Notes under the pieces: generated by a model
Database searches by the model: none
What the model was told of the DNA's origin: nothing
The model's input: the letters and a program-made list of their open reading frames with translations, nothing else
Position numbers and translations under genes: made by a program
Shown: piece by piece, positions 9,546-18,950 of the stretch
Numbering within the stretch: the stretch's first letter is position 1
How the letters are laid out: the number at the start of each line of letters is the position of its first letter
Assembly: GCA_014297435.1 (NCBI GenBank)
Contig: JACOQA010000005.1
Span: 1-62,909, forward strand
Length of the DNA stretch: 62,909 nucleotides
DNA from: Candidatus Nanohaloarchaea archaeon
GTDB taxonomy: Archaea > Nanohalarchaeota > Nanosalinia > Nanosalinales > Nanosalinaceae
Reading direction: 5' to 3'

Positions 9546-11141
9546 ATGCCAAACGGCCTAGACGAACAGTCAATGGAGGAAACCGGAGGAGACCACCGCG
9601 AGATTTCCGTGGCGGAATTCTTCGAGAAAAACAAGCACCTCCTAGGATTTGAAAACGCACAGAAATCAATTATCACGGTTGTAAAGGAGGCTGTCGACAA
9701 CTCACTGGACGCATGTGAGGAAGACGAAATCCTGCCTGAGATACAGGTCTTGATCGATGAATACGATGATAAGAAATGCCGTGTGGAAATCAGGGACAAC
9801 GCAATCGGACTTGACCGCGAAACAATACCTAAAGTATTCGGTAAGCTTCTCTACGGATCGAAGTTCCACAAGCTTCAGCAGTCAAGAGGTCAGCAGGGAA
9901 TCGGAATCTCCGCATCAGCTATGTACGCTCAGCTGACAACAGGAGAGCCTGTAACCGTTTACTCGAAGCAAGAAGGAGAGCCTTGCCACAAGTTTGTCGT
10001 AAGAATCGATACGGAGAAGAACGAACCGGAAATAATTGAGGACGAAGTAATTGATTCTGACAGCGATGAGTTCCCGGGAGACCAGGACTACTACTTCGAT
10101 CACGGTACCACGATCGAGATGCAGATCGAAGCCAAGTATACGAAAGGTCATCACTCGATCAGGAACTACCTGAAGCATACAGCGATCATGAACCCTTACG
10201 CAAGAGTTGTTCTGCGTGAACCGGACGGAAACAAGATTGAATACCCTCGTGTTTCCAAAGAATTGCCGGAAAAGCCTAAGGAGATTAAGCCACATCTTCA
10301 CGGAGTCGAACTTGGCGTGGTTCTTAGGATGGTTGATAACTCGGATGCAAGAACGGTTTCTTCCTTCCTGCAGAATGAGTTCACCCGTGTCGGGAGAACA
10401 AGCGCCGAAAACATATGTGAGGAGGCGGAAATTGACGAAGGCAGAAGACCTAACACTTTGAGCAAGGATGAGGTCGAACAGCTTCTGAAAGCCGCGGAAA
10501 ACGTAAAGCTTCAGAGCCCGCCAACAGACTGTCTATCCCCAATTGGAGAAGATCTTGTGTTGAAAGGTTTGAAGAAAGAGCTGAATCCTGAGTTCAGTAC
10601 AGCTATTACTAGAAAACCTACGGTTTACAAAGGAAATCCTTTCCAGGTCGAAGTCGGTATTGCATACGGTGGAGATATCGAGGACGAAGGAAGTTACGAG
10701 GAGCTGAGGTATGCTAACAAAGTTCCTCTACTCTACAAGAAATCTGCTTGTGTTACAACCAAGGCGATCGAGGAGGTTTCCTGGAACCGTTATAATGTTT
10801 CACAGACTGGGAATCGACCTCAAGGACCTGTCTATATCCTTGTACACATCGCTTCTGTATGGGTGCCGTTCACATCTGAGGGTAAGGAAGCTATCGCCAA
10901 CTACGACCCTATCAGGAAGGAGATGAAGCTCGCACTACAGGAAGCAGGAAGAAAGCTCGGACGTTACATCGGAAGAAAAGAAAGGAAAGAGATTCAGGAG
11001 AAGAAGAAGAGGAAGCTTACAAGCTATGCGAAGGAGATGGCTCCAGCGATCGCAGAACTTGCTGAAGAAGGCGATGTTGACGATCTAGAAAACCGGATAC
11101 AGAAAATGGTTGAAGCCGATTACAACCCGGAGCAGCTTTAG
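9546..11141 (+). CDS. top6B: DNA topoisomerase VI subunit B
   Basis: EISVAEFFEKN, KEAVDNSLDACE, SRGQQGIGIS GHKL motifs. Confidence 0.97.
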   Translation: MPNGLDEQSMEETGGDHREISVAEFFEKNKHLLGFENAQKSIITVVKEAVDNSLDACEEDEILPEIQVLIDEYDDKKCRVEIRDNAIGLDRETIPKVFGKLLYGSKFHKLQQSRGQQGIGISASAMYAQLTTGEPVTVYSKQEGEPCHKFVVRIDTEKNEPEIIEDEVIDSDSDEFPGDQDYYFDHGTTIEMQIEAKYTKGHHSIRNYLKHTAIMNPYARVVLREPDGNKIEYPRVSKELPEKPKEIKPHLHGVELGVVLRMVDNSDARTVSSFLQNEFTRVGRTSAENICEEAEIDEGRRPNTLSKDEVEQLLKAAENVKLQSPPTDCLSPIGEDLVLKGLKKELNPEFSTAITRKPTVYKGNPFQVEVGIAYGGDIEDEGSYEELRYANKVPLLYKKSACVTTKAIEEVSWNRYNVSQTGNRPQGPVYILVHIASVWVPFTSEGKEAIANYDPIRKEMKLALQEAGRKLGRYIGRKERKEIQEKKKRKLTSYAKEMAPAIAELAEEGDVDDLENRIQKMVEADYNPEQL

Positions 11142-11152
11142 GTGATTAACAA

Positions 11153-12283
11153 ATGCCAAAGAAAGACTTAGAGAACGACGAAGGAACACTTGACAGGTTA
11201 AAACACCTGGGTAAAACCCTGAAAAGACAGCTAGGAGATCCAGACAGCGACAACCTCACAATAGAAACAAAGGTTCGCTCAAGGTCAAACGTTCACTACG
11301 ACGAGGACGAAGAGAGGCTTGAACTAGGAGAATCCTACTCCGAAAGAAAGTTCCTCAACATTTCGCACGCCAGAAAATTCATGCAGACAACACTGGTAGC
11401 GAACAAGACGAAGGAACTGGTTGAAAGCGGAAGAACTGCTTCAATCAGAGAGGTCTACTACCAGCTGAAGCACTCAGTTCCTGGGCTGGACGAAAACACG
11501 TTCGAGGATCAGGACGAGTCCAACAACGTTGTAGTCGACATCGAAACAGCTACAGGTGCAATCAGAGAAGATCTACACCTGTTCGCTGAGCCGAAAGGAA
11601 CACTTTTCGGACCTGTCGTAATCAACGACTCAGGAGACAGCATCGACTGCATGAACATGGGAACATCCGGACTCTCAATCCCATCGATCGTAGACCACTA
11701 CGAGTTCGAGGAATGTGAAGCAGACTTCCTTCTCGTAGTTGAGACTGCAGCGATGGTCAACAGACTGGTCGAAGAAGACTTCCACAAGGAGCAAAACGCT
11801 ATAATCCTTGGAACAGGGGGTCAGCCGGCTAGAGGAGCAAGAAGACTCATCAACATCATGCACAACAGACTGGATCTACCGGTCTACGTCTTTACCGACG
11901 GCGACCCATGGGGATACTACATCTACTCCGTACTCAAATCCGGATCCATGTCTCTGGCGTTCCAGTCAGACCGTTTGGCAACTCCAGACGCCAAGCTTAT
12001 CGGTATGACCATGGAGGACATCGAGGAATATGGTCTTGAACACGTTACAGAAGACCTGAAAGGAAAGCCGGAAGATGGCGGCGGACCGACAAAGGACTAC
12101 AAGCGTATCCACGACGTTATGGACTATGAGTGGATGCAGACGGAGCAGTGGCAGAAACAGTTCCAGAAAATGCTTGACAAAGGAGTCAGGGTCGAGCAGC
12201 AGGCTCTAGCAGCTAACTCTCTAGAGTTCGTTGCGAACGATTACCTGCCTCAGAAGATCGAGAACGAGAACTTCCTCGACTAA
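11153..12283 (+). CDS. top6A: DNA topoisomerase VI subunit A
   Basis: SIREVYY (catalytic Tyr), FTDGDPWG TOPRIM. Confidence 0.97.
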   Translation: MPKKDLENDEGTLDRLKHLGKTLKRQLGDPDSDNLTIETKVRSRSNVHYDEDEERLELGESYSERKFLNISHARKFMQTTLVANKTKELVESGRTASIREVYYQLKHSVPGLDENTFEDQDESNNVVVDIETATGAIREDLHLFAEPKGTLFGPVVINDSGDSIDCMNMGTSGLSIPSIVDHYEFEECEADFLLVVETAAMVNRLVEEDFHKEQNAIILGTGGQPARGARRLINIMHNRLDLPVYVFTDGDPWGYYIYSVLKSGSMSLAFQSDRLATPDAKLIGMTMEDIEEYGLEHVTEDLKGKPEDGGGPTKDYKRIHDVMDYEWMQTEQWQKQFQKMLDKGVRVEQQALAANSLEFVANDYLPQKIENENFLD

Positions 12284-12376
12284 AATCTCTTAGGCGCTGA
12301 AATAAGCACCAACTTTTCCTTCTCAATATCTTTTCTACCGTAGGTATTTCAAAATTGTTTCCAGAAATCTTTCTTT

Positions 12377-14167
12377 ATGAAGAGGACGCACCGCTGCGGA
12401 GAACTCAGAAAAGAAGATGTTGGAGAAAAAGCAGAGATAGCAGGATGGATCCACAGGATCAGGAACCACGGAGGAAAACGATTCGTAGATCTAAGGGATA
12501 GGAATGGATTGATCCAGACCGTTATGGAAGAAGATATAACAGATAACTTTGAGGACGCAGCGGATCTAGGAAGAGAATACGTCATCAAGATCGAAGGAGA
12601 GGTCAGAGAAAGACCTGAAGAAATGAGAAACGAAGAACTGGAAACGGGAGATGTTGAGGTTAGTGTAGAAAGCTTTGAAGTTGTCAGCGACTCCGAAGTA
12701 CCTCCTTTCTCTCTAGACGAGGAGAAGACTGACGAGATAAGCGAAGAGATCAGAATGGAGCACCGCTACCTCGACATGAGAAGACAAAGCGTCTCAGACA
12801 CCCTGCAGAAAAGACATCAGTTCGTACAGTCCGTAAGAAACACCTTAAACACGAATGAATTCCTTGAAATCGAAACACCGGAACTCACCAAGTCTTCGCC
12901 TGAAGGAGCAAGAGACTTCATCGTACCGTCAAGAAACGAGCCAGGAAACTTCTACGCACTACCTCAGTCGCCGCAGCTGTTCAAGCAGCTGTTAATGGTT
13001 GGAGGCGTCGAAAGATACTACCAGCTGGCTAAATGCTTCAGAGACGAGGACACAAGGAAGGATAGACAGCCAGAGTTCACACAGATCGACATAGAAGTCT
13101 CCTTCATGGATCAAGAAGACTTCCTTTCGTTAATGGAAAAAACTGTGTCGAACGCAGCCGAGGAAGCGTTCAACGTAGAACTTGAGACTCCTGTCGACAG
13201 AATCTCCTGGCAGGAAGCTATGGACAAGTACGGGACAGACAGACCTGACAGAAGATACGGGATGGAGCTACATGAGTTCTCCTCCACGGTAAAAGACTCC
13301 GGCTTCAACGTCTTCTCGAACACTGTAGAAGAAGGCGGAGTTGTCAAAGGATTCAAGCTTGAAGGAAAAGCCGACGACATCTCAAACAGAGGTATGGATG
13401 AATTCGAAGAAGTCGTAACTGAGGAAGGTGTTGGAGGCCTTGTCTGGATCAAATTAGAGGAAGACGGCTACAACTCACCTGTCGGAAAGTACATCGAGGA
13501 CGAATACCTCGACCACTTCAAGGAAGAGCTTGACGCTGAAGAAGGCGATGTCATCTTCATCGTTGCAGACGAGAGAAGAACCGCGAACGAAGCACTCGGT
13601 TCTCTTAGAAGACATCTCGGTGAGAAATACGGGGTGGCTGGCGACGAATACGACATGCTATGGGTTGTCGACTTCCCATTATTCGGCTACGAGGACGGAA
13701 ACTTCGACTACGAACACCACCCGTTCACGATGCCGCAGGACCGAGAGAAAGTCGAGAACATGGACTTTGACGAAGTAACGGAGGAAGAACTTCTCGAGCT
13801 TGAAGCCGACGCATACGACCTTGTGCTAAACGGTTTTGAGATCGGAGGCGGATCCAAACGTATCCACGACCTTGATCTACAGAGAAAAGTCTTCGACCTG
13901 ATCGGGTTAGAGGATGAGGAGGTTGAGGAAAGATTCGGATGGTTCCTCGAAGCATTCAAGTACGGTGCACCACCTCACAGAGGACTCGCATTCGGTCTTG
14001 AAAGAATCCTGATGATTCTGCAGGGAGAGCCAAACATTAGAGAGGTTATTCCGTTCCCGAAGAGCAAGACAGGGAAGGATCACTTGACAGGTGCTCCGGC
14101 AGAACCGAGAGACAACCAGTTAGAAGGTCTGGGGCTTGAGGTAAAAGAAGAGTTCCAGGAGGATTAA
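12377..14167 (+). CDS. aspS: Aspartyl-tRNA synthetase, bacterial type (with GAD insertion)
   Basis: 596 aa; RTHRCGEL, PEGARDFIVPSR, YALPQSPQLFKQLLM, CFRDED...RQPEFTQID, YGAPPHRGLAFG. Confidence 0.96.
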   Translation: MKRTHRCGELRKEDVGEKAEIAGWIHRIRNHGGKRFVDLRDRNGLIQTVMEEDITDNFEDAADLGREYVIKIEGEVRERPEEMRNEELETGDVEVSVESFEVVSDSEVPPFSLDEEKTDEISEEIRMEHRYLDMRRQSVSDTLQKRHQFVQSVRNTLNTNEFLEIETPELTKSSPEGARDFIVPSRNEPGNFYALPQSPQLFKQLLMVGGVERYYQLAKCFRDEDTRKDRQPEFTQIDIEVSFMDQEDFLSLMEKTVSNAAEEAFNVELETPVDRISWQEAMDKYGTDRPDRRYGMELHEFSSTVKDSGFNVFSNTVEEGGVVKGFKLEGKADDISNRGMDEFEEVVTEEGVGGLVWIKLEEDGYNSPVGKYIEDEYLDHFKEELDAEEGDVIFIVADERRTANEALGSLRRHLGEKYGVAGDEYDMLWVVDFPLFGYEDGNFDYEHHPFTMPQDREKVENMDFDEVTEEELLELEADAYDLVLNGFEIGGGSKRIHDLDLQRKVFDLIGLEDEEVEERFGWFLEAFKYGAPPHRGLAFGLERILMILQGEPNIREVIPFPKSKTGKDHLTGAPAEPRDNQLEGLGLEVKEEFQED

Positions 14168-14256
14168 GCCGCTAAGCACTCCCTGTGGCTGCAGAAAGTG
14201 CCGTTACAGACCTCATCCCCCTCAATTTCCTTGCCGCAAAATATACACTCCTTCAC
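14164..14256 (-). CDS. 30-aa zinc-finger microprotein (MKECIFCGKEIEGDEVCNGTFCSHRECLAA)
   Basis: GTG start preceded by GGTGA SD; CxxCG...FCS...C pattern; below ORF-track cutoff. Confidence 0.6.
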   Translation of the reverse strand: MKECIFCGKEIEGDEVCNGTFCSHRECLAA

Positions 14257-14373
14257 TTTTTCTTCACCTTTGATCCAGTAATGGTGTTGCCGGGTTTATA
14301 TCAGCGCGACAACTCCGAAGTAAGTCAACACAACTTGACAACAATATAAAGTTTAGACAGGATCTCAGAACTC

Positions 14374-14841
14374 ATGGACTGGGAAAACCATCTAGAGATA
14401 GTCAGCAACCTCGAAAGAGGAAGCACTATAGCTGAAAAATACTTTGACGGAGTTGACAAAGTAATAGACCGTCGATACGTTCAGGAGTTTGAGAAGGTCG
14501 AAGGCGACAAAGTTTTTGACTACAACGAAGAAGAGATTAGGCAGCTGGATATAGGCTTTCTAGATCGGTGGGTGCTCGACCCTATGCCGGAAATCGTGGA
14601 AGCCGAAGAGTTCATGGATGTATACGACAACATGGACCGGGTAACAGAATACACAAGTCTAAAAGAATCTGTAGATCCTGAGGGCTGGGCAAGAAACGTG
14701 AAATCGCTTGTAGAAACACGAAAACAAAGTCCGCTAGGAAACTATTCCACGAAAGAAGACGGTAGAGATGAGGCTATAAGAACCATAGAAGACGATCTGG
14801 TTCACGCCCTTGAAAATGCATTATTTGGCAATTATAGATAA
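14374..14841 (+). CDS. Hypothetical acidic protein
   Basis: 155-aa ORF with host-like composition and upstream TATA-like box. Confidence 0.7.
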   Translation: MDWENHLEIVSNLERGSTIAEKYFDGVDKVIDRRYVQEFEKVEGDKVFDYNEEEIRQLDIGFLDRWVLDPMPEIVEAEEFMDVYDNMDRVTEYTSLKESVDPEGWARNVKSLVETRKQSPLGNYSTKEDGRDEAIRTIEDDLVHALENALFGNYR

Positions 14842-14883
14842 CATATGGTTTAAAAAACTCAACGTTGACAGTCAAGTATAGTT

Positions 14884-14973
14884 GCCCAGGTAGCTCAGTA
14901 GGTAGAGCGCTGCGCTGTTACCCCTTACGGGACAGACACGCAGTGGTCGCAGGTTCGAGCCCTGCCCTGGGCG
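14884..14973 (+). tRNA. tRNA-Asn(GTT) with 17-nt intron (14921-14937)
   Basis: Cloverleaf with GCCCAGG/CCTGGGC acceptor, CTGCG/CGCAG anticodon stem, TTCGAGC T-loop; canonical BHB at 37/38. Confidence 0.95.
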
Positions 14974-15219
14974 ATTCGCCGCATATGACATAGGCTGGGT
15001 GAAATTTGGTGTGCTGAGCCGGACGCCTCTGGAGACACGATAAAATGCCAAGAGGCGACATTCACAACAGACAAGGTAGACTACAGGCACAGAACTGAGA
15101 TATTTTTTTCTATCTAAAGAGATAAAGGGATTCGAGAGTATAGAGGAAGACTTAAAATGAGAAGTCAAATTTGAATATATAGATCAAGTAGCTACTTGGA
15201 TAAAAGCAGATGAGTTCGA

Positions 15220-15333
15220 GTGAACAAAGAACTAAAACAGAAAGTCGAGGAAGTTCAGTAAGACATAGAACGACTTGAAGAACTATGGGAAATCGCCGAA
15301 GAAGACAAAGAACTACTCAAAAAACTCGAATAA
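15220..15333 (+). pseudogene. Small antitoxin-like ORF with in-frame stop
   Basis: VNKELKQKVEEVQ*DIERLEELWEIAEEDKELLKKLE*; TAA at 15259-15261. Confidence 0.35.
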
Positions 15334-15427
15334 ATATCTTATAGGTTTTTTGAAGTTGCTTCTAGAGTGCTTTTCGTTCAACTCATAACACGCAAACACC
15401 GATTTGCGTTCAGTTGAGAGAACGCAA

Positions 15428-15504
15428 TTTACCCTGCTTTTTGACTACTGCAGTAAGTGTTTAACCCTACTAATCTTACACCGTAGTGTGCTTTTTACCC
15501 TGCT
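15428..15504. repeat. Three TTWACCCTRCT motifs with exact 33-bp period
   Basis: ACCCT cores start at 15431, 15464 and 15497. Confidence 0.6.
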
Positions 15505-15548
15505 ATTTTACCATTAGGTGTTTAAGTCTTCTTCAGTAAATACCCGTT

Positions 15549-16820
15549 ATGACTGAGTTTATCAAAAGGGAGATGCTGGAAAAGGTTGAAGACCATCTGG
15601 AAAAAGATGAAATCTCGCTGATCGTAGGTGCGAGACAGGTCGGTAAAACCACCTTGATGCAACAGCTTAAAGAAGAACTGAAGGAAAACGGTGAGAACAC
15701 GCTCTACCTCAGTATGGATATACAGGAAGACCGGACACATTTCGAGTCACAGCAGGATTTAATCGATAGAATGGAACTGGAGTTCGGAGAAGAGAAAGGC
15801 TATGTATTCCTTGACGAGATCCAGAGAAAAGAAAACGCAGGACTATTCCTGAAAGGGATTTACGACAGAGAACTGCCATACAAGTTTGTAGTTTCAGGTT
15901 CAGGAAGCCTGGAACTGAAGGAGAATATCCACGAATCGCTGGCAGGACGGAAAAGAGTCTTCGAACTACCGCCAGTCTCCTTCAAAGAGTTTGTCAACTA
16001 CGAAACAGATTACGAGTATGAGGACAGACTTGAGAAATACTTCGAAGTTAACAAGGACGAGGTAGATCGTTTACTGGAGAAATACTTGAATTACGGTGGT
16101 TATCCTCGTGTAGTAACTGAATCGAAAGAAAGCGAGAAACGCAGAGTTATCGATGAGATATTTTCCAGTTACCTGGAGAGAGATGTTTCGAGCTTCTTGA
16201 ATGTCAGGAAAGTGGATGCTTACTCCAAACTGGTCTCTGTCCTTGCCGATCAGATGGGCGATCCGGTCAGCAATTCAAAACTTGCAAGAGATGTCGGAGT
16301 AAAATCAACGACTGTTAGAAACTACCTTGATTACCTGAACAAGACCTTCATAGTTGAGCAGACAAATCCTTTCTACACCAATAAGAAAAAGGAGATTACT
16401 AAGTCGCCTATAGTCTATTTCTCTGATCCTGGATTGAGGAACTATAGCATACAGAGGTTCGGACACTTGAATACGTCTTCAGAGTTCGGGGAGCTGTTTG
16501 AAGGCTTCATTCATAACTTCTTGAAGCACGATACGCAGTTCACTGGTCTTGATGTAAGGTACTGGAGAACCAAATCGCAGGCGGAGGTAGATTTTGTTCT
16601 CTCCGCGGGAAACAAGGTAGAACTGCCTGTAGAAGTAAAGTACAAAGACCTTGGGGAACCAAAGGTTACGAAGTCGCTGCGGAGCTTCATCAAAAAATAT
16701 AGTCCAGAAAAAGCAGTAGTCGTCAACCTCTCACTCGAAAAAACAGTAGAGATAGAAGAAACACGGGTAGAGTTCATACCATACACCAAGTTCCTGTACA
16801 AGTTGGAAGAAATGATATAG
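15549..16820 (+). CDS. AAA_14 ATPase with DUF4143 / C-terminal PD-(D/E)xK-like domain
   Basis: GARQVGKTT, FLDEIQ, SGSGS, GGYP, DPGLRN, YWRTKSQAEVDFV...PVEVK. Confidence 0.92.
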   Translation: MTEFIKREMLEKVEDHLEKDEISLIVGARQVGKTTLMQQLKEELKENGENTLYLSMDIQEDRTHFESQQDLIDRMELEFGEEKGYVFLDEIQRKENAGLFLKGIYDRELPYKFVVSGSGSLELKENIHESLAGRKRVFELPPVSFKEFVNYETDYEYEDRLEKYFEVNKDEVDRLLEKYLNYGGYPRVVTESKESEKRRVIDEIFSSYLERDVSSFLNVRKVDAYSKLVSVLADQMGDPVSNSKLARDVGVKSTTVRNYLDYLNKTFIVEQTNPFYTNKKKEITKSPIVYFSDPGLRNYSIQRFGHLNTSSEFGELFEGFIHNFLKHDTQFTGLDVRYWRTKSQAEVDFVLSAGNKVELPVEVKYKDLGEPKVTKSLRSFIKKYSPEKAVVVNLSLEKTVEIEETRVEFIPYTKFLYKLEEMI

Positions 16821-16937
16821 AGAGTTTTTCGAGATTATACCTGGCTTCGTTGCTCTCGAAGCCTATCAGAGTTTTCCGTAGAATAGGTCTTGTTCTCAAC
16901 CATAAAGATATTAAGTGTGAACATTCACCACAAACTT

Positions 16938-17069
16938 ATGCCTGAAACAGTTGAGAAAGATGATCCTGCTGAAAAAGTAAACAACCTTTCCGACAGCGAA
17001 CTTAAGGAGAGGTTTGAAAGAGATCTGGAGAACTTCAAAGATAAGCTTAAGAAATACTCTTCCGAATAG
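16938..17069 (+). CDS. Small acidic protein (43 aa), possible antitoxin
   Basis: MPETVEKDDPAEKVNNLSDSELKERFERDLENFKDKLKKYSSE; TATA-like box upstream; converges on the RelE-like ORF. Confidence 0.5.
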   Translation: MPETVEKDDPAEKVNNLSDSELKERFERDLENFKDKLKKYSSE

Positions 17070-17427
17070 ATTCTTCTATTCTATCAGCATTTTCTTCCAA
17101 AAGTTCTAACTGTCTCTTCTGGGCACTGCCTTTCTTCGGAACCAAAGAGTGATACACTACAACTTCTTCATCAGGAATAACTATACACAAAGCTCTGTAT
17201 TCAGCACTCATAGAAGAAAACCGGACTTCTGCTACAGTCAAACCATCTAAGTTGAAAACTTTATGGAAACGAGTGGAAAGCTGGGACATATTCTTGCGCC
17301 ATTTAATCTGTCTTTCCTTGTCTTCTAAAGCAGACTCCAACTCCCGTGCAATCTGATAGCTGAAATCATCCGAAGCATTCTGAATATCTTCATCATTCCA
17401 GAACAGACTAAAGCCTATACCATGGAT
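17047..17427 (-). CDS. RelE/ParE/HigB-like toxin (start uncertain, possibly degraded)
   Basis: AEVRF...EYRALCIV...VVVYHSLVPKK resembles the RelE-fold C-terminus; frame open to 17427 with no ATG near the 5' end. Confidence 0.5.
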   Translation of the reverse strand: MHGIGFSLFWNDEDIQNASDDFSYQIARELESALEDKERQIKWRKNMSQLSTRFHKVFNLDGLTVAEVRFSSMSAEYRALCIVIPDEEVVVYHSLVPKKGSAQKRQLELLEENADRIEESIRKSIS

Positions 17428-17473
17428 TTACAGAAACTGGTTAATAATAGTAAAAAATTCTGATAGATACGAA

Positions 17474-17610
17474 CTACCTTAGATCATTCAGAAACTTTCG
17501 CAGCCGAACTATAAAATCTCGATCAGGAGCTTCTCTATTGTTCTCAGCTATACTTTCTACAGCTTCTTTTTCTTCACTTGAAAGCTCCGTTTTTTTTTTT
17601 TTGGGTTCAC
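17474..17610 (-). pseudogene. Small ORF (TELSSEEKEAVESIAENNREAPDRDFIVRLRKFLNDLR) disconnected from its start by an A13 tract
   Basis: T13 at 17590-17602 on + strand; GTG at 17610 is out of frame at 13 A. Confidence 0.35.
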
Positions 17611-17653
17611 CTGAAAATAGAATGAAGAAAGGGAGAATATGGTTGAGATTTTT

Positions 17654-18940
17654 TTACTCTCTGAAGTCTTCAACCCTGTCTTGAATGGTTTCTCTCTGAG
17701 TGTAAACAACTGCTCCTAAGATTGCTACGATGAGTAGTGTGACTGCTACAGGAAGCATCGATGTTCCTTTCTGAGAGGATTCGACTGTTGTTGACTGGTT
17801 GCCTGCTGAGAAGGATAGGCTTCCAGACCGTTCTACTGTGTAGTTGTAGCTGAGGGTTCTTTCCTCTCCAGCTCCAAGGCTGACGGTCTCGGATTTGATG
17901 ACTCCGTCTCCAAGCGTTACTTCGACTTCTTGGCTTCCTTCAGCGCCTCCGGTGTTCTCAACTGTTACATCGATTGTTACATCGAACGGGGGAGTTCCCT
18001 CTGAAGGCTGAACATTCAGTAAGGATGTATGAATGTTTGGTTCTCCCTGTGTCTCATTCTCCTGTTCCTGAAGTGCGATTGCGTAGTAGGAGAAACCTGT
18101 CGAACTTCCCTCAAACCTGTAACTGTTGTCAAGTTCTTCATCAATTCTTGTGTCCAGTTCCTGCCAGTTCTGATCGTTGTAGCGTTTCATCACTACATCT
18201 TCGGGGCTTCTATCCCTTTCGTCAAGGTATCTTTTCTGGACCTTGAACCTGACATTTGACTCTGTAATGTCCTCGTCTTCAACTCCCTCAACATCAATCT
18301 GCTGGTAGCTGTAGACATCTGAACCGGCATCTTCGGAAACAGTTTCAGGTTTGTTGGTTCCGAGATCGTCTACTGCTACAGAAACGCTGTCTGATGAAGT
18401 GCTTGAAGTGAAACTGATCTGTTCAACAGGATTTGATCCGTCATCAGGCGTTTCAGGAACTGTTACCTGAACATCCTGATTTTGCTGGACGTTCTCAATC
18501 ACTGCCCTCGAACTCCCATTCACAGGAGAGGCCTCAATCTGTCGAGGGCCTGGCGCCTGAACAGGCGCTCCATCTCCGCTTGAATCACCGGATTTCTCTT
18601 CGGTATCTTCACTATAGCTGCCGGAGAAGCTGTACTCCTCAATAGCACTACTTTCTACAGAAATACCTGACTCATGTACAGAGCCATTAACCACGATATC
18701 AAAGGAGCTGTACTCCTTGGATGGAACCTTCAACTCGTAGTAACCGTCAGAACTGGTTGTATCCGTGACTATCACTTCATCCGCCGAAATCGCATAAACT
18801 TCCACTCCTTCCACCTGCTCACCTGAATCAGTCAAAGTACCATAGACCTCATGAGGAGGCTGCGGAACTGCTACAGCTGACGCCACAGCAAAAAGGAAGA
18901 AGAGGGAGATGAGAGAGGACTTAAGCTTTCTATTCATCAC
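17654..18940 (-). CDS. PGF-pre-PGF and CARDB domain membrane-anchored surface protein
   Basis: Signal peptide; VYSYQQIDV...FKV...WQELDT...GFSYYAI; VTVENTGGAEG CARDB; C-terminal TM. Confidence 0.88.
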   Translation of the reverse strand: MMNRKLKSSLISLFFLFAVASAVAVPQPPHEVYGTLTDSGEQVEGVEVYAISADEVIVTDTTSSDGYYELKVPSKEYSSFDIVVNGSVHESGISVESSAIEEYSFSGSYSEDTEEKSGDSSGDGAPVQAPGPRQIEASPVNGSSRAVIENVQQNQDVQVTVPETPDDGSNPVEQISFTSSTSSDSVSVAVDDLGTNKPETVSEDAGSDVYSYQQIDVEGVEDEDITESNVRFKVQKRYLDERDRSPEDVVMKRYNDQNWQELDTRIDEELDNSYRFEGSSTGFSYYAIALQEQENETQGEPNIHTSLLNVQPSEGTPPFDVTIDVTVENTGGAEGSQEVEVTLGDGVIKSETVSLGAGEERTLSYNYTVERSGSLSFSAGNQSTTVESSQKGTSMLPVAVTLLIVAILGAVVYTQRETIQDRVEDFRE

Positions 18941-18950
18941 TCAAACACCT

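Noticed and set aside
14872-15168. 98-aa minus-strand ORF
   Set aside because: Antisense to tRNA-Asn and compositionally unlike host proteins
15428-15504. CRISPR mini-array
   Set aside because: Repeats are only 11 bp with 22-bp gaps and no cas genes are present
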